A stretch of DNA of 64,000 nt from Promethearchaeota archaeon (GTDB lineage Archaea; Asgardarchaeota; Lokiarchaeia; Sigyniarchaeales; SOKP01), in assembly GCA_048938025.1 (NCBI GenBank), contig JBHLMP010000009.1:1-64000 (forward strand), given 5' to 3'. Under the pieces are notes generated by a model that saw nothing but the letters and a program-made list of their open reading frames with translations, searched no databases and was not told the origin of the DNA. The translations under genes were made by a program, and so were the position numbers. Below, in pieces: positions 47,449 through 58,441 of this stretch (position 1 is its first letter; every line of letters starts with the position of its first letter).

Positions 47449-48165
47449 ATGATTCAAGCAATTACTTTTGATCTGTGGAATACTTTATTCACCAACAAAT
47501 TTTATTCAGATATGCGAATATCTTTTTTCACTAATTTTTTGGAAACAAGAGGAATTATTCATTCTTTTAAAATGGTAAAAGAAGCTTTTTCTTTAGCCTT
47601 TAATTTACCGCCAAGAAATTTAGAAAGGATTAAATATCACCATATTTATACCATGACAAGAATTTCAAAAATGCTCGAAATTCTTGAAATCAAATTTTCT
47701 GAATCTGATAAGAATCTTATTAAACAAAATTTTGAAGAAGTTATGTTAATAGATCCTCCACCATTAAAAACTGGCGTAAAACAAACATTAAAAAAACTAT
47801 CTTCTAATTATAAACTTGGGCTTATTTCTAATACAGGAGTTACACCAGGTAGAATTATAAAGAAAGTTTTTGAAAACTATAAAATACTCCAATATTTTCA
47901 CATCACACTTTTCTCTGATGAGACGGGATTTTATAAACCTAGCCCTATAATGTTTGAAACAGCATTAAAGAACTTAAATTGTGAACCACAGAATGCAATC
48001 CATGTAGGAGATCTTTTAGAAACCGATATTAAAGGAGCAAAAGAATATAATATGTTAACAATATGGATTAATGATTCATTTTCATCACGATCTATAAATA
48101 TTCAACCTGATTTTGAAATACAACAAATCCCAGAACTAATTGAAATAATTGAGAGATTAAAATAG
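47449..48165 (+). CDS. HAD-superfamily hydrolase
   Basis: FDLWNTL, ISNT, KP and HVGD...DIKGA motifs. Confidence 0.9.
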   Translation: MIQAITFDLWNTLFTNKFYSDMRISFFTNFLETRGIIHSFKMVKEAFSLAFNLPPRNLERIKYHHIYTMTRISKMLEILEIKFSESDKNLIKQNFEEVMLIDPPPLKTGVKQTLKKLSSNYKLGLISNTGVTPGRIIKKVFENYKILQYFHITLFSDETGFYKPSPIMFETALKNLNCEPQNAIHVGDLLETDIKGAKEYNMLTIWINDSFSSRSINIQPDFEIQQIPELIEIIERLK

Positions 48166-48288
48166 AATAAATAAAATTGTTTTTCAAGTTAGTGGTTTTA
48201 AATCAGTAAATATCATTAGATATAATTTCTTAAAATTAGAACTAAATAATTATAAATAAGGTAATTTTCATTTTAAATTAAAGAAATT

Positions 48289-49773
48289 TTGAAAAGTAAT
48301 AATTATTTTTTTCGAATTTCTATGAAAACTTGCCCTTATTGTAAAAAGTACATTGAAGATCATTGGAAATATTGTTATAACTGTAATAAACCATTAATCA
48401 CTAATATCGATGATGATTTAAGTAGAACTATAAAACATTCTTATATTGAAGAGCCGCACTATAGCTCCAAATTAGAAGAATTAGAAGAGAATAATTTACA
48501 ATATGATAATATCGTTATTAATAATGAGGAAATTGAGCGAAAAGTTAAAGAGATTGATGAAGCTTTAAAAGAGAAAGAAGCATTGGGAGATCCTATACCC
48601 GGCTCTTTATTATTGGAAAAATCTAGTCTATATTATAAAAAAAGAGATCTACCTAGTGCTCTTAAGTATCTTGAATTAGCGTTAAAAAATTTCAAAGCGG
48701 AAGAGGATCTAGTCAATGAGGCGATTTGTCACAATGAAATAGGGATAATTCAAGAAGATTCAGGATATTTTGATCAAGCTATTTACCATTTTAATAGAGC
48801 TTTAGAAATTTTAAAAGAAGTAAATGATTTTCAAAAGTTAATCAAGGTTTTAAACAATTTAGGAAACATTTATCTCTTAATAAAAGATTTAGAAAATTCT
48901 CACAAATATTACCAGGAAGCGCTTAATCTTTCAGAACAAGAAGATCTCATCACTGAAGAAATAAAATCAGCTAGTAATTTAGTTGAAGTTCTTTTCATGT
49001 TAAAAGACGGAGGGAGGATTAAAAAAATCTTATCAAGAAATTCTGAGTTCTTTAAAGAGAGAGAAGATATCTATGGGATGATTCAAACACATATTAAATA
49101 CGGGAAATTGTACTATAATCTAGAAGGAGATTATGATCGAGCATTTCAAAGTTTAAATGATGCATTAGAATTAATAAATAGAATAAAAGATAACGGTTCA
49201 GTTTTTATTAAGGCAAAACTTGAGTGGGAATGTTTTCTTTATCTTGGAAAATTACATCTTTTATGGGAAAACACTTTAGAAGCCGAAAGTTTATTATTAA
49301 AAAGTCTTGAAGCAATTAGAATTTTCGAAATATCAGAGGATATTAAAGAAGGAATAGTTTTAGAAAATCTTGCTAATTTGTATGAATTTAAAGAGGAATA
49401 TCTTAAATCAATTGAATATTATAATTATTCTATTGAAATTTATGAGAAATATGGTGATAAATCTAAGATTGCTGAATTAAAAACAGCTATTGCTCAATTA
49501 TATTTAGATTTTCTTGACAATAATTCAGAAGCAATTAAACATTTTGAAAGTGCACTTGAGATTTTTGAAGCTTTAAAATATTTTAAGGAATGTGCTGATA
49601 TTCTTCAGAAATTGGGAGATGTCGCCGTGGAAAGAGGAAAAATTGAGTCTGCTTTAATTAATTTTAAAAGAGCAAAAAATTATTATAAAGAACTCCAGGA
49701 TGATTATAATGAGAAGAATGTAAATGAGAAAATAAATTCTATATCTGAACCAAAATTTAATTTAGATGATTAA
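48289..49773 (+). CDS. TPR protein with N-terminal zinc ribbon
   Basis: CPYC...CYNC followed by TPR units; probable start ATG at 48322. Confidence 0.85.
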   Translation: MKSNNYFFRISMKTCPYCKKYIEDHWKYCYNCNKPLITNIDDDLSRTIKHSYIEEPHYSSKLEELEENNLQYDNIVINNEEIERKVKEIDEALKEKEALGDPIPGSLLLEKSSLYYKKRDLPSALKYLELALKNFKAEEDLVNEAICHNEIGIIQEDSGYFDQAIYHFNRALEILKEVNDFQKLIKVLNNLGNIYLLIKDLENSHKYYQEALNLSEQEDLITEEIKSASNLVEVLFMLKDGGRIKKILSRNSEFFKEREDIYGMIQTHIKYGKLYYNLEGDYDRAFQSLNDALELINRIKDNGSVFIKAKLEWECFLYLGKLHLLWENTLEAESLLLKSLEAIRIFEISEDIKEGIVLENLANLYEFKEEYLKSIEYYNYSIEIYEKYGDKSKIAELKTAIAQLYLDFLDNNSEAIKHFESALEIFEALKYFKECADILQKLGDVAVERGKIESALINFKRAKNYYKELQDDYNEKNVNEKINSISEPKFNLDD

Positions 49774-49778
49774 AGGAT

Positions 49779-50435
49779 TTATTCTAATTCTTTATCTAAT
49801 GCAAAATCATTTCTTTTATAAACTTTAACGCCATATTCTTCAAATCCCATTGAATTTATGAAAAATTGTGAAGCAGAATTCTTTTCATACACCTCGCAAC
49901 GAAGCTCAGACACACCTTTTTCTTTGAAGTAATTCCATGCTTCAAGCCCAAGGACAGTTCCTAGTCCTTTTCTCTGATAGCGTATCTCTACTCCTAATCC
50001 GCAGATGATTCCATATTCCTTATTCGGACCTTCTCGATCAAGGATAATAAAACCAGCATCATTACCGTAAACCCTTGCGATAAGAATTACGGTATCTTGA
50101 TAGTTATAGATATCTTTTAAAGCCTCAATAGTAATAGGTGAATATGGTTCGTTTGAAGTCAACCACGCTCTATTATATATATTTTTTATATTTTCTAGAT
50201 CTTCTAATTTAGCTTCTCTGATCTTAGCACGAAGCATATTTTGCTCAACTTTTTTTTTAATTTTAAGTTCAAAATCAGAGGTAATTTTTTCAATGGGTAA
50301 CCTCATTTGGATGTACTTTAAACCAACATTAATTAATTCATCCTCTATATCTTCTTTGCTTTTAGAAGATTTTTCATAAGTTAAGAAAAGGCTTCTAATT
50401 CTTTTCTTTTTTAAACTTAATTTTGATTCAGACAT
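49779..50435 (-). CDS. GNAT N-acetyltransferase
   Basis: YQRKGLG and VYEKN..S..F...GF motifs. Confidence 0.88.
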   Translation of the reverse strand: MSESKLSLKKKRIRSLFLTYEKSSKSKEDIEDELINVGLKYIQMRLPIEKITSDFELKIKKKVEQNMLRAKIREAKLEDLENIKNIYNRAWLTSNEPYSPITIEALKDIYNYQDTVILIARVYGNDAGFIILDREGPNKEYGIICGLGVEIRYQRKGLGTVLGLEAWNYFKEKGVSELRCEVYEKNSASQFFINSMGFEEYGVKVYKRNDFALDKELE

Positions 50436-50498
50436 AATAATCTATTAAAAAAAGATAACATTTAATGAATGAGACTTAATCAAGACAAAAAAAGTTTA

Positions 50499-51185
50499 CT
50501 AACCATTATCATCAAAATCAAAATCTCCCTTCTTATATGCCTTAGTTCCATATTCTTCAAATCCTATCCATTTAATAAAGGAATAGGATGTTTTATTGTC
50601 TTTATAAACCTCACATTTAAGTTCTTTAACATATTTATAATTTTCCTTAAGAAAATTCCATGCCGCCATCCCTAATATCGTACCAAGTCCTCTTCTTTGA
50701 TAACGAGGCAATACTGCTAAAGCGGCAATTACAGCACACTCTTTATATTCTCCTTCAAAATCAAGAATCACAAAAGCAGCATCTTTACCATATACTTTAC
50801 CAATCAAAAACACTGTATCTGGGTCTTCAAAAATCTGTAATAAAGATGTTTTTGTTATTGGTCTAAAAGGAGTATTTGATGTTAACCAACTTTTATTATA
50901 TAAATGCTTAATGCTGTCAAGATCACTAGTATTAGCCTCGCGTATGTTTGCATGCAAAATGTTGTGATTAATTTTGTACTTTAATTTATCTTCAAATTCT
51001 TCAGTGATTTTATTAACAGGAAGCCTCATTTGAACATAAACCATGCCATCTCGATATAATTCCTCTGCTGTTTTATCTAATTCTTCTTTACGTTTTTTTT
51101 TCGCTTCTATAGAATGAAAAAATGCCCTAATCCTTTTCTTTTTTAGATCTAATCTATTTTTGAAATCTAATTTCGATCCTGACAT
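50499..51185 (-). CDS. GNAT N-acetyltransferase, tandem paralog
   Basis: YQRRGLG and VYKDN..S..F...GF motifs; collinear with the neighbouring gene. Confidence 0.88.
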   Translation of the reverse strand: MSGSKLDFKNRLDLKKKRIRAFFHSIEAKKKRKEELDKTAEELYRDGMVYVQMRLPVNKITEEFEDKLKYKINHNILHANIREANTSDLDSIKHLYNKSWLTSNTPFRPITKTSLLQIFEDPDTVFLIGKVYGKDAAFVILDFEGEYKECAVIAALAVLPRYQRRGLGTILGMAAWNFLKENYKYVKELKCEVYKDNKTSYSFIKWIGFEEYGTKAYKKGDFDFDDNG

Positions 51186-51207
51186 GATTTAAGAAAAAAA
51201 TTAAGAT

Positions 51208-52839
51208 TTAGGGTAAAAATACGATATTTTCTCGTATTTTTCTTTCAATTAAATCATTTATGAAAAGTTTATTCCTTAATTTAGAAATGCCTGTCTGAAT
51301 TATTTTCTTAAGATTAAGATCTTTAATCAAATTTTTCTTTTCGCATGAAAATTCAAAGTTAGACCTAATAGCCATATCATCTTCAAGTCTTTTAGTTAAT
51401 GTATTTTTTAAGCTGGTAAAAGCATCAGAGACGGGTTCATAAAGATTATTAGGATCACTTCGGATAAAACCTGGAAAAACGATATTCATATATTCTTCCA
51501 TTTTACCTTCATCCTCGATAAACATGGCATATATAGGCATATAAATCCATTGTATTGGCCTAGAAAACAATTCTGATTGATCATCAGTTAAAGACCATCC
51601 TACTAAAGCTTGAGTTTCATGCAAACAATTATCTTGTTTAATTTGTATAATTTTTTTAATATTTTCAAAAGATTTCTCAATTTTATTTTTTAAAAACTCT
51701 AATTTAGATATATTTTCTTCTTTCTCGCTTTGAAATTCGGTTAATAATTTATTTCTATCTTTTAATTTGTTATCCAAAGACTCTTTAATACTTTCTAATT
51801 TACGATATGCTTCGTTATCTATTTGAATCGCTCGTTCTTTTAGCTCAATAAATTTTTGGTTTAAATTATCTAATGAATCTATAAATTTTTGACCTTCTTT
51901 ATTTAAGTAAGAAAAATGATTTTCAAAATGAGGTAAAAGATCCTTGAAAACTTTAGATTTTAAAGTATCTCCATGACTATAGAATTTATTATTTTTAAGT
52001 ATTTCCTCCAAATGATGTTCTACAGTTTTAAATAGAGTTGAAATGCTTTCAATTACTTTCTTTTTCTCATTTACATTCCATTGATCAATTTTATCTTGTT
52101 CGAATTTTACTTGATCATTAATTTGAGTTGGGTCTATTGTCGATGTTGTTTTACTTATTTGACTAGAATAACGTAAATTAATATCCTTAAGTTGAACATT
52201 TAGGTCTATTAGCCATTTTTCAACCTCTTTTCCAATTAACTCAATTTGAGTTTTCCACCTTAATGAGTTACCTTTCATAGTATTTATTAGATCGCGATAT
52301 TGCTCTGCAATATCTAAAGCGCTCTCTGTAGTAATACTAGTATCTAAAACCGTATATTCAGTAATAGGTTTATATTCTATAAAGGGAATTATTTTTATTA
52401 AAGCTTGAAGAAATTCTGGATTAATTAAACCATTTATAATGAGCGTATGGTATTCAGATTCTTCAGTTTCTCCAATCTCTTCCGCTTCAATATCCTTATA
52501 TGTTAATACTTCTATTATTTTATTCAATTGTTCTGTTTTCGTTCTATTATCAATATTTCTTAAAAGATGTCCTATTAATGGTTGGCGTGGTGGATTCGAG
52601 AACTTATCTTTCTTACTAAATAGTAATAAACCATCTAAAATTATATGAGTACTAACAACACCTTGAACACATAATAATGGCCAGAGAAGTCTCGAAAAAG
52701 AAAGAATTTTTTCATTTTTGTTTAAATCTTTCGATAAAAGATAAAATGCAAGAGTTAATTCATCATTTTCTTGAATAGCTGGTTGATGAATATCTTCTCT
52801 AATAAAAAATGGTAATAAATATTGATTTCCGTGGATCAT
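51208..52839 (-). CDS. Hypothetical protein with long central coiled coil
   Basis: 543 aa; heptad-rich middle flanked by globular N- and C-terminal parts (LWPL, IYMPIY). Confidence 0.75.
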   Translation of the reverse strand: MIHGNQYLLPFFIREDIHQPAIQENDELTLAFYLLSKDLNKNEKILSFSRLLWPLLCVQGVVSTHIILDGLLLFSKKDKFSNPPRQPLIGHLLRNIDNRTKTEQLNKIIEVLTYKDIEAEEIGETEESEYHTLIINGLINPEFLQALIKIIPFIEYKPITEYTVLDTSITTESALDIAEQYRDLINTMKGNSLRWKTQIELIGKEVEKWLIDLNVQLKDINLRYSSQISKTTSTIDPTQINDQVKFEQDKIDQWNVNEKKKVIESISTLFKTVEHHLEEILKNNKFYSHGDTLKSKVFKDLLPHFENHFSYLNKEGQKFIDSLDNLNQKFIELKERAIQIDNEAYRKLESIKESLDNKLKDRNKLLTEFQSEKEENISKLEFLKNKIEKSFENIKKIIQIKQDNCLHETQALVGWSLTDDQSELFSRPIQWIYMPIYAMFIEDEGKMEEYMNIVFPGFIRSDPNNLYEPVSDAFTSLKNTLTKRLEDDMAIRSNFEFSCEKKNLIKDLNLKKIIQTGISKLRNKLFINDLIERKIRENIVFLP

Positions 52840-53001
52840 TAAAAAAGCCTTCTAAAATAATCTAGTTATTCTTTATTTTATAATTTTAAATATATTTTAA
52901 TTATAAAAGATTCAATTTTAAAACTTTGGTCTTTTTTTACATAAAAAAACAAAGTTGGAATGAATGAAAAAACTACAGTAATTGTAAGTTTTTAAACCTA
53001 T

Positions 53002-53865
53002 TTATTTAAGTTGTTCGTAATTATTAGCTATAACCATTATTAATAAGGCTAATAGAATTATCAGGGGTGGCGTTATTGCTTGAAAATGGGGTAGATTAGC
53101 TATTTCAAGAGCTCCTTGTAATATTCTTCCAATGAAGTAGAGTAAAAATCCAATAGCATTTAGAGCATAAGATTTTCTTAAAACTCCAAAAGTTTTCCAT
53201 GCTAAATATATAAATATAAATGGTATTAGAGCAACAAATATGGGTAAGAACACAAAATTAAGTAAAAATCTACCTATTGGATATTCCCAGCCAAAAATAT
53301 CTACATTGATAGGGTAATCAGAACTTATCCCATAATCATCTACAAAATCTGGATCTATGAATAATCTATCTGATAATGTCAATGCTAGGATGCCTATGAT
53401 AACAGGAATTACAATTAAACACCCTCTAATAATATATTTAATATTATTTTTATTTCTAAACCAATCTTTAATGGTTCCAGAAGATTTTTCTTCAATTTGC
53501 GTATCAGGTGGAAATAATAATATTCCAAGTATTCCTACTGCACAAGCAATACCCATCCAAGTGAAAAATGTCGCAAGTCTATAATTTAACATTAAAAATT
53601 CTATCAGTTCATCAATACTAATTGATCCTTCAAGTTCTGGAGCATAATAATAATAAACAATGAAGAACACCCTTCCAATACCTAAACATAAAAATAAAAG
53701 GCTAAAAAACAACCAATACAATTTTTTTGAAGTTCGAAATCTTATTAATGTGAAGTAAAAGAATAGAAGGAAGAAATAACCAACAATTATCCCATAAAGA
53801 AGCATCTCTATAGATGACCAGAAGGTAATTTTTGTGAAATAATCTTGCAAGATCATAATCATCAA
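53002..53865 (-). CDS. Hypothetical 7-TM membrane protein
   Basis: Seven hydrophobic segments countable by eye. Confidence 0.75.
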   Translation of the reverse strand: MMIMILQDYFTKITFWSSIEMLLYGIIVGYFFLLFFYFTLIRFRTSKKLYWLFFSLLFLCLGIGRVFFIVYYYYAPELEGSISIDELIEFLMLNYRLATFFTWMGIACAVGILGILLFPPDTQIEEKSSGTIKDWFRNKNNIKYIIRGCLIVIPVIIGILALTLSDRLFIDPDFVDDYGISSDYPINVDIFGWEYPIGRFLLNFVFLPIFVALIPFIFIYLAWKTFGVLRKSYALNAIGFLLYFIGRILQGALEIANLPHFQAITPPLIILLALLIMVIANNYEQLK

Positions 53866-54013
53866 TCTATTATTTTATAATCTAATTAAATTTGATATTA
53901 TAACTTAAAATTATATTAATACTATCTTTTAATTATATAAAAATTTATATTATAAATTTGAATTTAAGGAATTCTTAAAATACAAATATTATCAAAGATT
54001 TTTTAAATCAACT

Positions 54014-55507
54014 ATGAAAATAAAAGACAGCGTTGAGACATTTAATTCATTGATTAAGCGGCGTGGCTTTATATGGGGCCCTTCACCAGAGATTTATGGT
54101 GGATTAGCTGGTTTTTATTCATATGGACCAGCCGGAATGGAATTTAAAAACAATATTCTCTCTCTATTTAGGAAAGAATTGCGATATTTTGGATTTGGAG
54201 AGGTTGAGTGCCCCACTATTATGCCAAGTATAGTTTGGGAAGCCTCAGGTCATCTGGAGAGATTTATTGATCCTGTTATAAGGTGTTCTAAATGTAACAC
54301 TTTATATAGAGTGGATAAATTCCTTCAAGAAGTGCTGCCAGATCTAATGGTTGATGGATTATCCAATGAAGAAATGGAAAAATTAATAGAGCAATATAAT
54401 CTTACGTGCCCAAAATGTGGAACACCATTTGATAAAATAGAAAAGTATAATTTAATGTTGAAGACCCAAGTAGGAAATAATATAGATGCATATTTACGTC
54501 CAGAAACAGCAACTACCACATATTTATTATTTAATCGTTTAGATCAAGATGCACGACGACAATATCCTATAAAAGTCTATCAATTTGGTAAGGTTTATCG
54601 AAACGAGATATCTCCGAGGCAAGGAGTCCTTCGAATGAGAGCTTTTGATCAGTTTGAACTTCAGTTGTTCATAAGCAAACAACAAGAAATGGATTTTGAA
54701 GATTATGAGGAAATTAAAACCAATAAACTTCCGCTATTGGATTGGACACTTCAAGAAAAAAACACTGATAAACCACAATTAATTTCTCTTGAGAATGCTA
54801 TTAAAAAAGGCCTTCTCAAAAAACCTGCTTATGCATATTGTCTTTATATAAGCTATTATTTAATTAAAATTTTAGGCATTCCAGAACAATTAATTAGATT
54901 TAGACAACATTCTATTAATGAGAGAGCTCACTATGCTGATGATGCTTGGGATTTAGAAATTGAAACAAAACAATTTGGGTGGGTTGAGATATGTGGAGTA
55001 CATGATAGAACTGATTATGATTTAAGAAGGCATTCTGAATTTTCGAAACAAAATTTTGAAGTAAGTATGGGATCTGATCCTAAAATTAAAGAAATTCCAC
55101 AAATCCTTGAAATTGCATTTGGAATCGATAGAATCATATACACTCTACTTGAAAACGCTTTTAATGTAGAAGAAGGCAGAATTGTATTAAAATTAGATCC
55201 ACAATTAGCACCAAATACCGTAGCGGTATTTCCTCTTGTAAGAAATAAGGAGGATATAAGAAATTTAGCTATTAAAATCCATAGAGATTTATTAGAAAAT
55301 CGTTTAGGTTCGTTCTACGATTCTGCAGGTTCTATTGGTAAAAGATATAGAAGACAAGATGAGTTGGGTACTCCATTTTGTATTACAATTGATTATGAAT
55401 CCTTAGAAGATAACTCTATTACTATTAGAGAAAGAGATACAATGGAACAAGAAAGAGTGAATATTTCAAAAATTTCTAAAGCAATTAAATTAAGATTGAA
55501 AATATGA
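54014..55507 (+). CDS. glyS: Glycine--tRNA ligase (alpha2, archaeal/eukaryotic type)
   Basis: RRGF..S.EIYGG, ASGH, LRPETA, RNEISPR, AHYA, DRTDYDL, FGIDR and SIGKRYRRQDE motifs. Confidence 0.95.
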   Translation: MKIKDSVETFNSLIKRRGFIWGPSPEIYGGLAGFYSYGPAGMEFKNNILSLFRKELRYFGFGEVECPTIMPSIVWEASGHLERFIDPVIRCSKCNTLYRVDKFLQEVLPDLMVDGLSNEEMEKLIEQYNLTCPKCGTPFDKIEKYNLMLKTQVGNNIDAYLRPETATTTYLLFNRLDQDARRQYPIKVYQFGKVYRNEISPRQGVLRMRAFDQFELQLFISKQQEMDFEDYEEIKTNKLPLLDWTLQEKNTDKPQLISLENAIKKGLLKKPAYAYCLYISYYLIKILGIPEQLIRFRQHSINERAHYADDAWDLEIETKQFGWVEICGVHDRTDYDLRRHSEFSKQNFEVSMGSDPKIKEIPQILEIAFGIDRIIYTLLENAFNVEEGRIVLKLDPQLAPNTVAVFPLVRNKEDIRNLAIKIHRDLLENRLGSFYDSAGSIGKRYRRQDELGTPFCITIDYESLEDNSITIRERDTMEQERVNISKISKAIKLRLKI

Positions 55508-55665
55508 AATATTAACCTTGTTAATAAATATTCTATTTTTGCGTAATATTTGGATCTTTTTATTATGTTCCAAAAAAATTTTAAAGAGAAGGATTTTTTA
55601 AAAATATAATTCAAATATAAATCTTTAGTTTGACAATTTATTATAAAAATTGAATACAAATTACA

Positions 55666-58434
55666 ATGAATCTTTTTAATTCTACTAATTTTGGTAAGAA
55701 TAGTAGACGTAATCAACAAACTCTGAAAAAGATATTTTGTCTTTTCTTTTTGATAATTATTATTTTTAGTTTTATAGATATTAAAGAAATTTTCACAGTT
55801 TCATCTAATTTTGATTCTCCTTCGGATATCCAAAATACTTTCGATACTACTCCTAATTTGGCAACAGATACTTCAATGCTTCAAGATCCTTTTACTAAAA
55901 ACTTTGATGGAATACAACAATTTTTTGAAAGTAAATATAAGTCAGATTTGGATCTACGTATTGATCTGTATTTTAGATATGGAGACAATTCTGGTAATAT
56001 TGTAGATGATACCATATTTTCTGAGGATAATTTATTATTATATAAATCATTGATGGGAACAGATCTTAGCCATATAGAAATATATGAAAAATACTTAGAT
56101 TTAAAATCAACTCCTTTGTGGTATGAGGAGAGTCTAAATCAATTTCAATATGGATTTATGAGATCTTTTGATAATACAACAGAGACTATAAAAGATGATA
56201 ATAGATATCTTATTGACAACTTAATGCCTGTATTCCTATTAATTGACAGTATTGGAACAGATATGAAAAATATTAATATTAATGGAGATACACCTATAGG
56301 ATCTATAGTAGAAATTTTTAATCTTATTAATTCTTCTGAATTTTGGGATAGTACTAATTTTGGCTTCAATTATCGTAATTCTACTGCAGATGTTAAATAT
56401 ACTAAGTATAATTTATATGGGGTTCTAGCTAATTTATATATTCATAGACTTTTTGGGGAGCTAGGAGAGGAAAGTGAGATAAAAGATAGAGCATATGAAG
56501 ATTTAGCAATTCCAACTATGGCAAAATTGATTGTTAATATGTGGGATGCCCCTCTATATTTAGGTTTCTACTATAACGCTACAGGTTCATGGAATACAGG
56601 AGGAGCATTTGCTAAAGATAAATATTTAGATGTAAATGCCTTAGGAATAATAACATTATTAGAATATTGGGTTGAAACTGGGAAAAAAAATGATTCTTCT
56701 TATCTCCAAAAAGCAATTTATCTTTATAACAAGTTAGATGAAAAATTATGGGTATCTGGTCCTGCTTATATGTATAAAGCAGACCGAGATTGGAGCAATG
56801 CTGACCCAGAATATAATCTTGAAGCAAACTCTATTATGATGAGTGCTTGTTTAAAATTATTTGAATTAACTGGAAATATTACCTATTATAATAGGGCAAT
56901 AGAAATATTTGATTATTTTGAAAATAATTTGTATGATGGTCCTTTAAATAAGGCGTATGATTCTTCAAATAGCGATCCAAGTAAGAATTTACACTCTAAT
57001 CTCAAATTGAGTGAGGCTTATTTAAACGCTTTTGAAATTTATAATAGCACTAATTTAAGATCAGTTTATAATGTTTCTGATGATGTTCCTAATTTTATAT
57101 TTTTTCAAGATCGTATGAATTTAACTACTACATATTCTTTTGAGAAATTAATGCTATATTACAATCCCGTTAATTCGTCTTTTGCACCGACTAAAATAAG
57201 ATATGATATTATTAATGCCGATATTCATTACCTTTTTAAATATCCAAATGGAACTTTCTTTAAGCAATTTGAATATCCTAGTAATCCAGATACTTCACAC
57301 ACTCTTTTATATGATATTCCAGAGACTCTATCTATTGGAAATGGATATAACATATATGTATGGGCTAATACAACTTATTTTAGTTTCGCTGAGATTATTA
57401 AGACATTTAATGTGAATTCTGGTTTAGTGAATTATACAATAAAAGGAATGGTTGGAACATTATATCAGGGTTTAGTTTTAAATGTAACTGTTCCAATTAA
57501 CAATACTCGTAATGAAGATGTGACTTTATCAACAATTTTAGAAGGAGAGCAAATTAACAATTATCCTACTCAAATTATAAATTTCACATCATTCGAAATT
57601 ACAGAAGTATCTTTTAATCTCACTGCAAAATTTGGTGCAGTTCTTGGAAGTACTGAAATACACTTTAAATTTATAAAAGGAAATAATATTTATTTAGAAA
57701 TTACAAAAATTATAGAAATTGGACATTCATTTGCCTATGAAGGTTTTATGTATGACGGTAAAATTGTGAGTGGAGATAAAATTTCAGTAGGTATGAATTT
57801 GGTTAATTTCTTACCAAATGCTACACAATCATTAAATGTAAGTTTTATGGGAGAATTTATTGACGATTTCATTAGCGAGGAGTATTTAGCTGAAAGACAG
57901 ATAAAAACAGTACACTATGAATTAAACTCCTCTGAGAATATCATATATGATACCATTGATATTGAAATGAGTATTACTATCAATAAAACTACCTATTATA
58001 CAGAAACTATGGTTATTGAAATACTCCCTATATATGAAATTATTAGTGTATCATTCCCAGATAAGGTTTCTCAAGGAAGTACAGTCTATTTTATTCTGAT
58101 TATAAAGAATAATCGTGAAGAATCAGAAGTTTTTTCATTATACGTAAATAATAAAAAAAGTAGCACCAATATAAACCAGTTAGCTCCTGGAGATAATAGG
58201 ATTGTTAAAAAAATAACACTACCATTTGATCCTTACGATTTTGGCTCAAAAACCTACAGTTTTTTATTAGAAGATAGTTCTGGAGAGTCTATTGCATTAT
58301 TTTATTTTGAAGTTACTATAGAATTATCCACATTTAATTTAATAATATTTTATATCTTACCCATAATAGTTCCGATTGGAATAATATTATATTTTAAGAA
58401 TAAAGATATAAAAGTTAAAAAATTGAGGAGATGA
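55666..58434 (+). CDS. Large membrane-anchored surface protein: six-hairpin glycosidase-like region plus Ig-like domains
   Basis: N- and C-terminal TM segments; repeated helical 'L.LFE.TG...Y...A..I...L..LWD' units; many NxS/T sequons; beta-rich C-terminal half. Confidence 0.7.
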   Translation: MNLFNSTNFGKNSRRNQQTLKKIFCLFFLIIIIFSFIDIKEIFTVSSNFDSPSDIQNTFDTTPNLATDTSMLQDPFTKNFDGIQQFFESKYKSDLDLRIDLYFRYGDNSGNIVDDTIFSEDNLLLYKSLMGTDLSHIEIYEKYLDLKSTPLWYEESLNQFQYGFMRSFDNTTETIKDDNRYLIDNLMPVFLLIDSIGTDMKNININGDTPIGSIVEIFNLINSSEFWDSTNFGFNYRNSTADVKYTKYNLYGVLANLYIHRLFGELGEESEIKDRAYEDLAIPTMAKLIVNMWDAPLYLGFYYNATGSWNTGGAFAKDKYLDVNALGIITLLEYWVETGKKNDSSYLQKAIYLYNKLDEKLWVSGPAYMYKADRDWSNADPEYNLEANSIMMSACLKLFELTGNITYYNRAIEIFDYFENNLYDGPLNKAYDSSNSDPSKNLHSNLKLSEAYLNAFEIYNSTNLRSVYNVSDDVPNFIFFQDRMNLTTTYSFEKLMLYYNPVNSSFAPTKIRYDIINADIHYLFKYPNGTFFKQFEYPSNPDTSHTLLYDIPETLSIGNGYNIYVWANTTYFSFAEIIKTFNVNSGLVNYTIKGMVGTLYQGLVLNVTVPINNTRNEDVTLSTILEGEQINNYPTQIINFTSFEITEVSFNLTAKFGAVLGSTEIHFKFIKGNNIYLEITKIIEIGHSFAYEGFMYDGKIVSGDKISVGMNLVNFLPNATQSLNVSFMGEFIDDFISEEYLAERQIKTVHYELNSSENIIYDTIDIEMSITINKTTYYTETMVIEILPIYEIISVSFPDKVSQGSTVYFILIIKNNREESEVFSLYVNNKKSSTNINQLAPGDNRIVKKITLPFDPYDFGSKTYSFLLEDSSGESIALFYFEVTIELSTFNLIIFYILPIIVPIGIILYFKNKDIKVKKLRR

Positions 58435-58441
58435 CCTAAGA

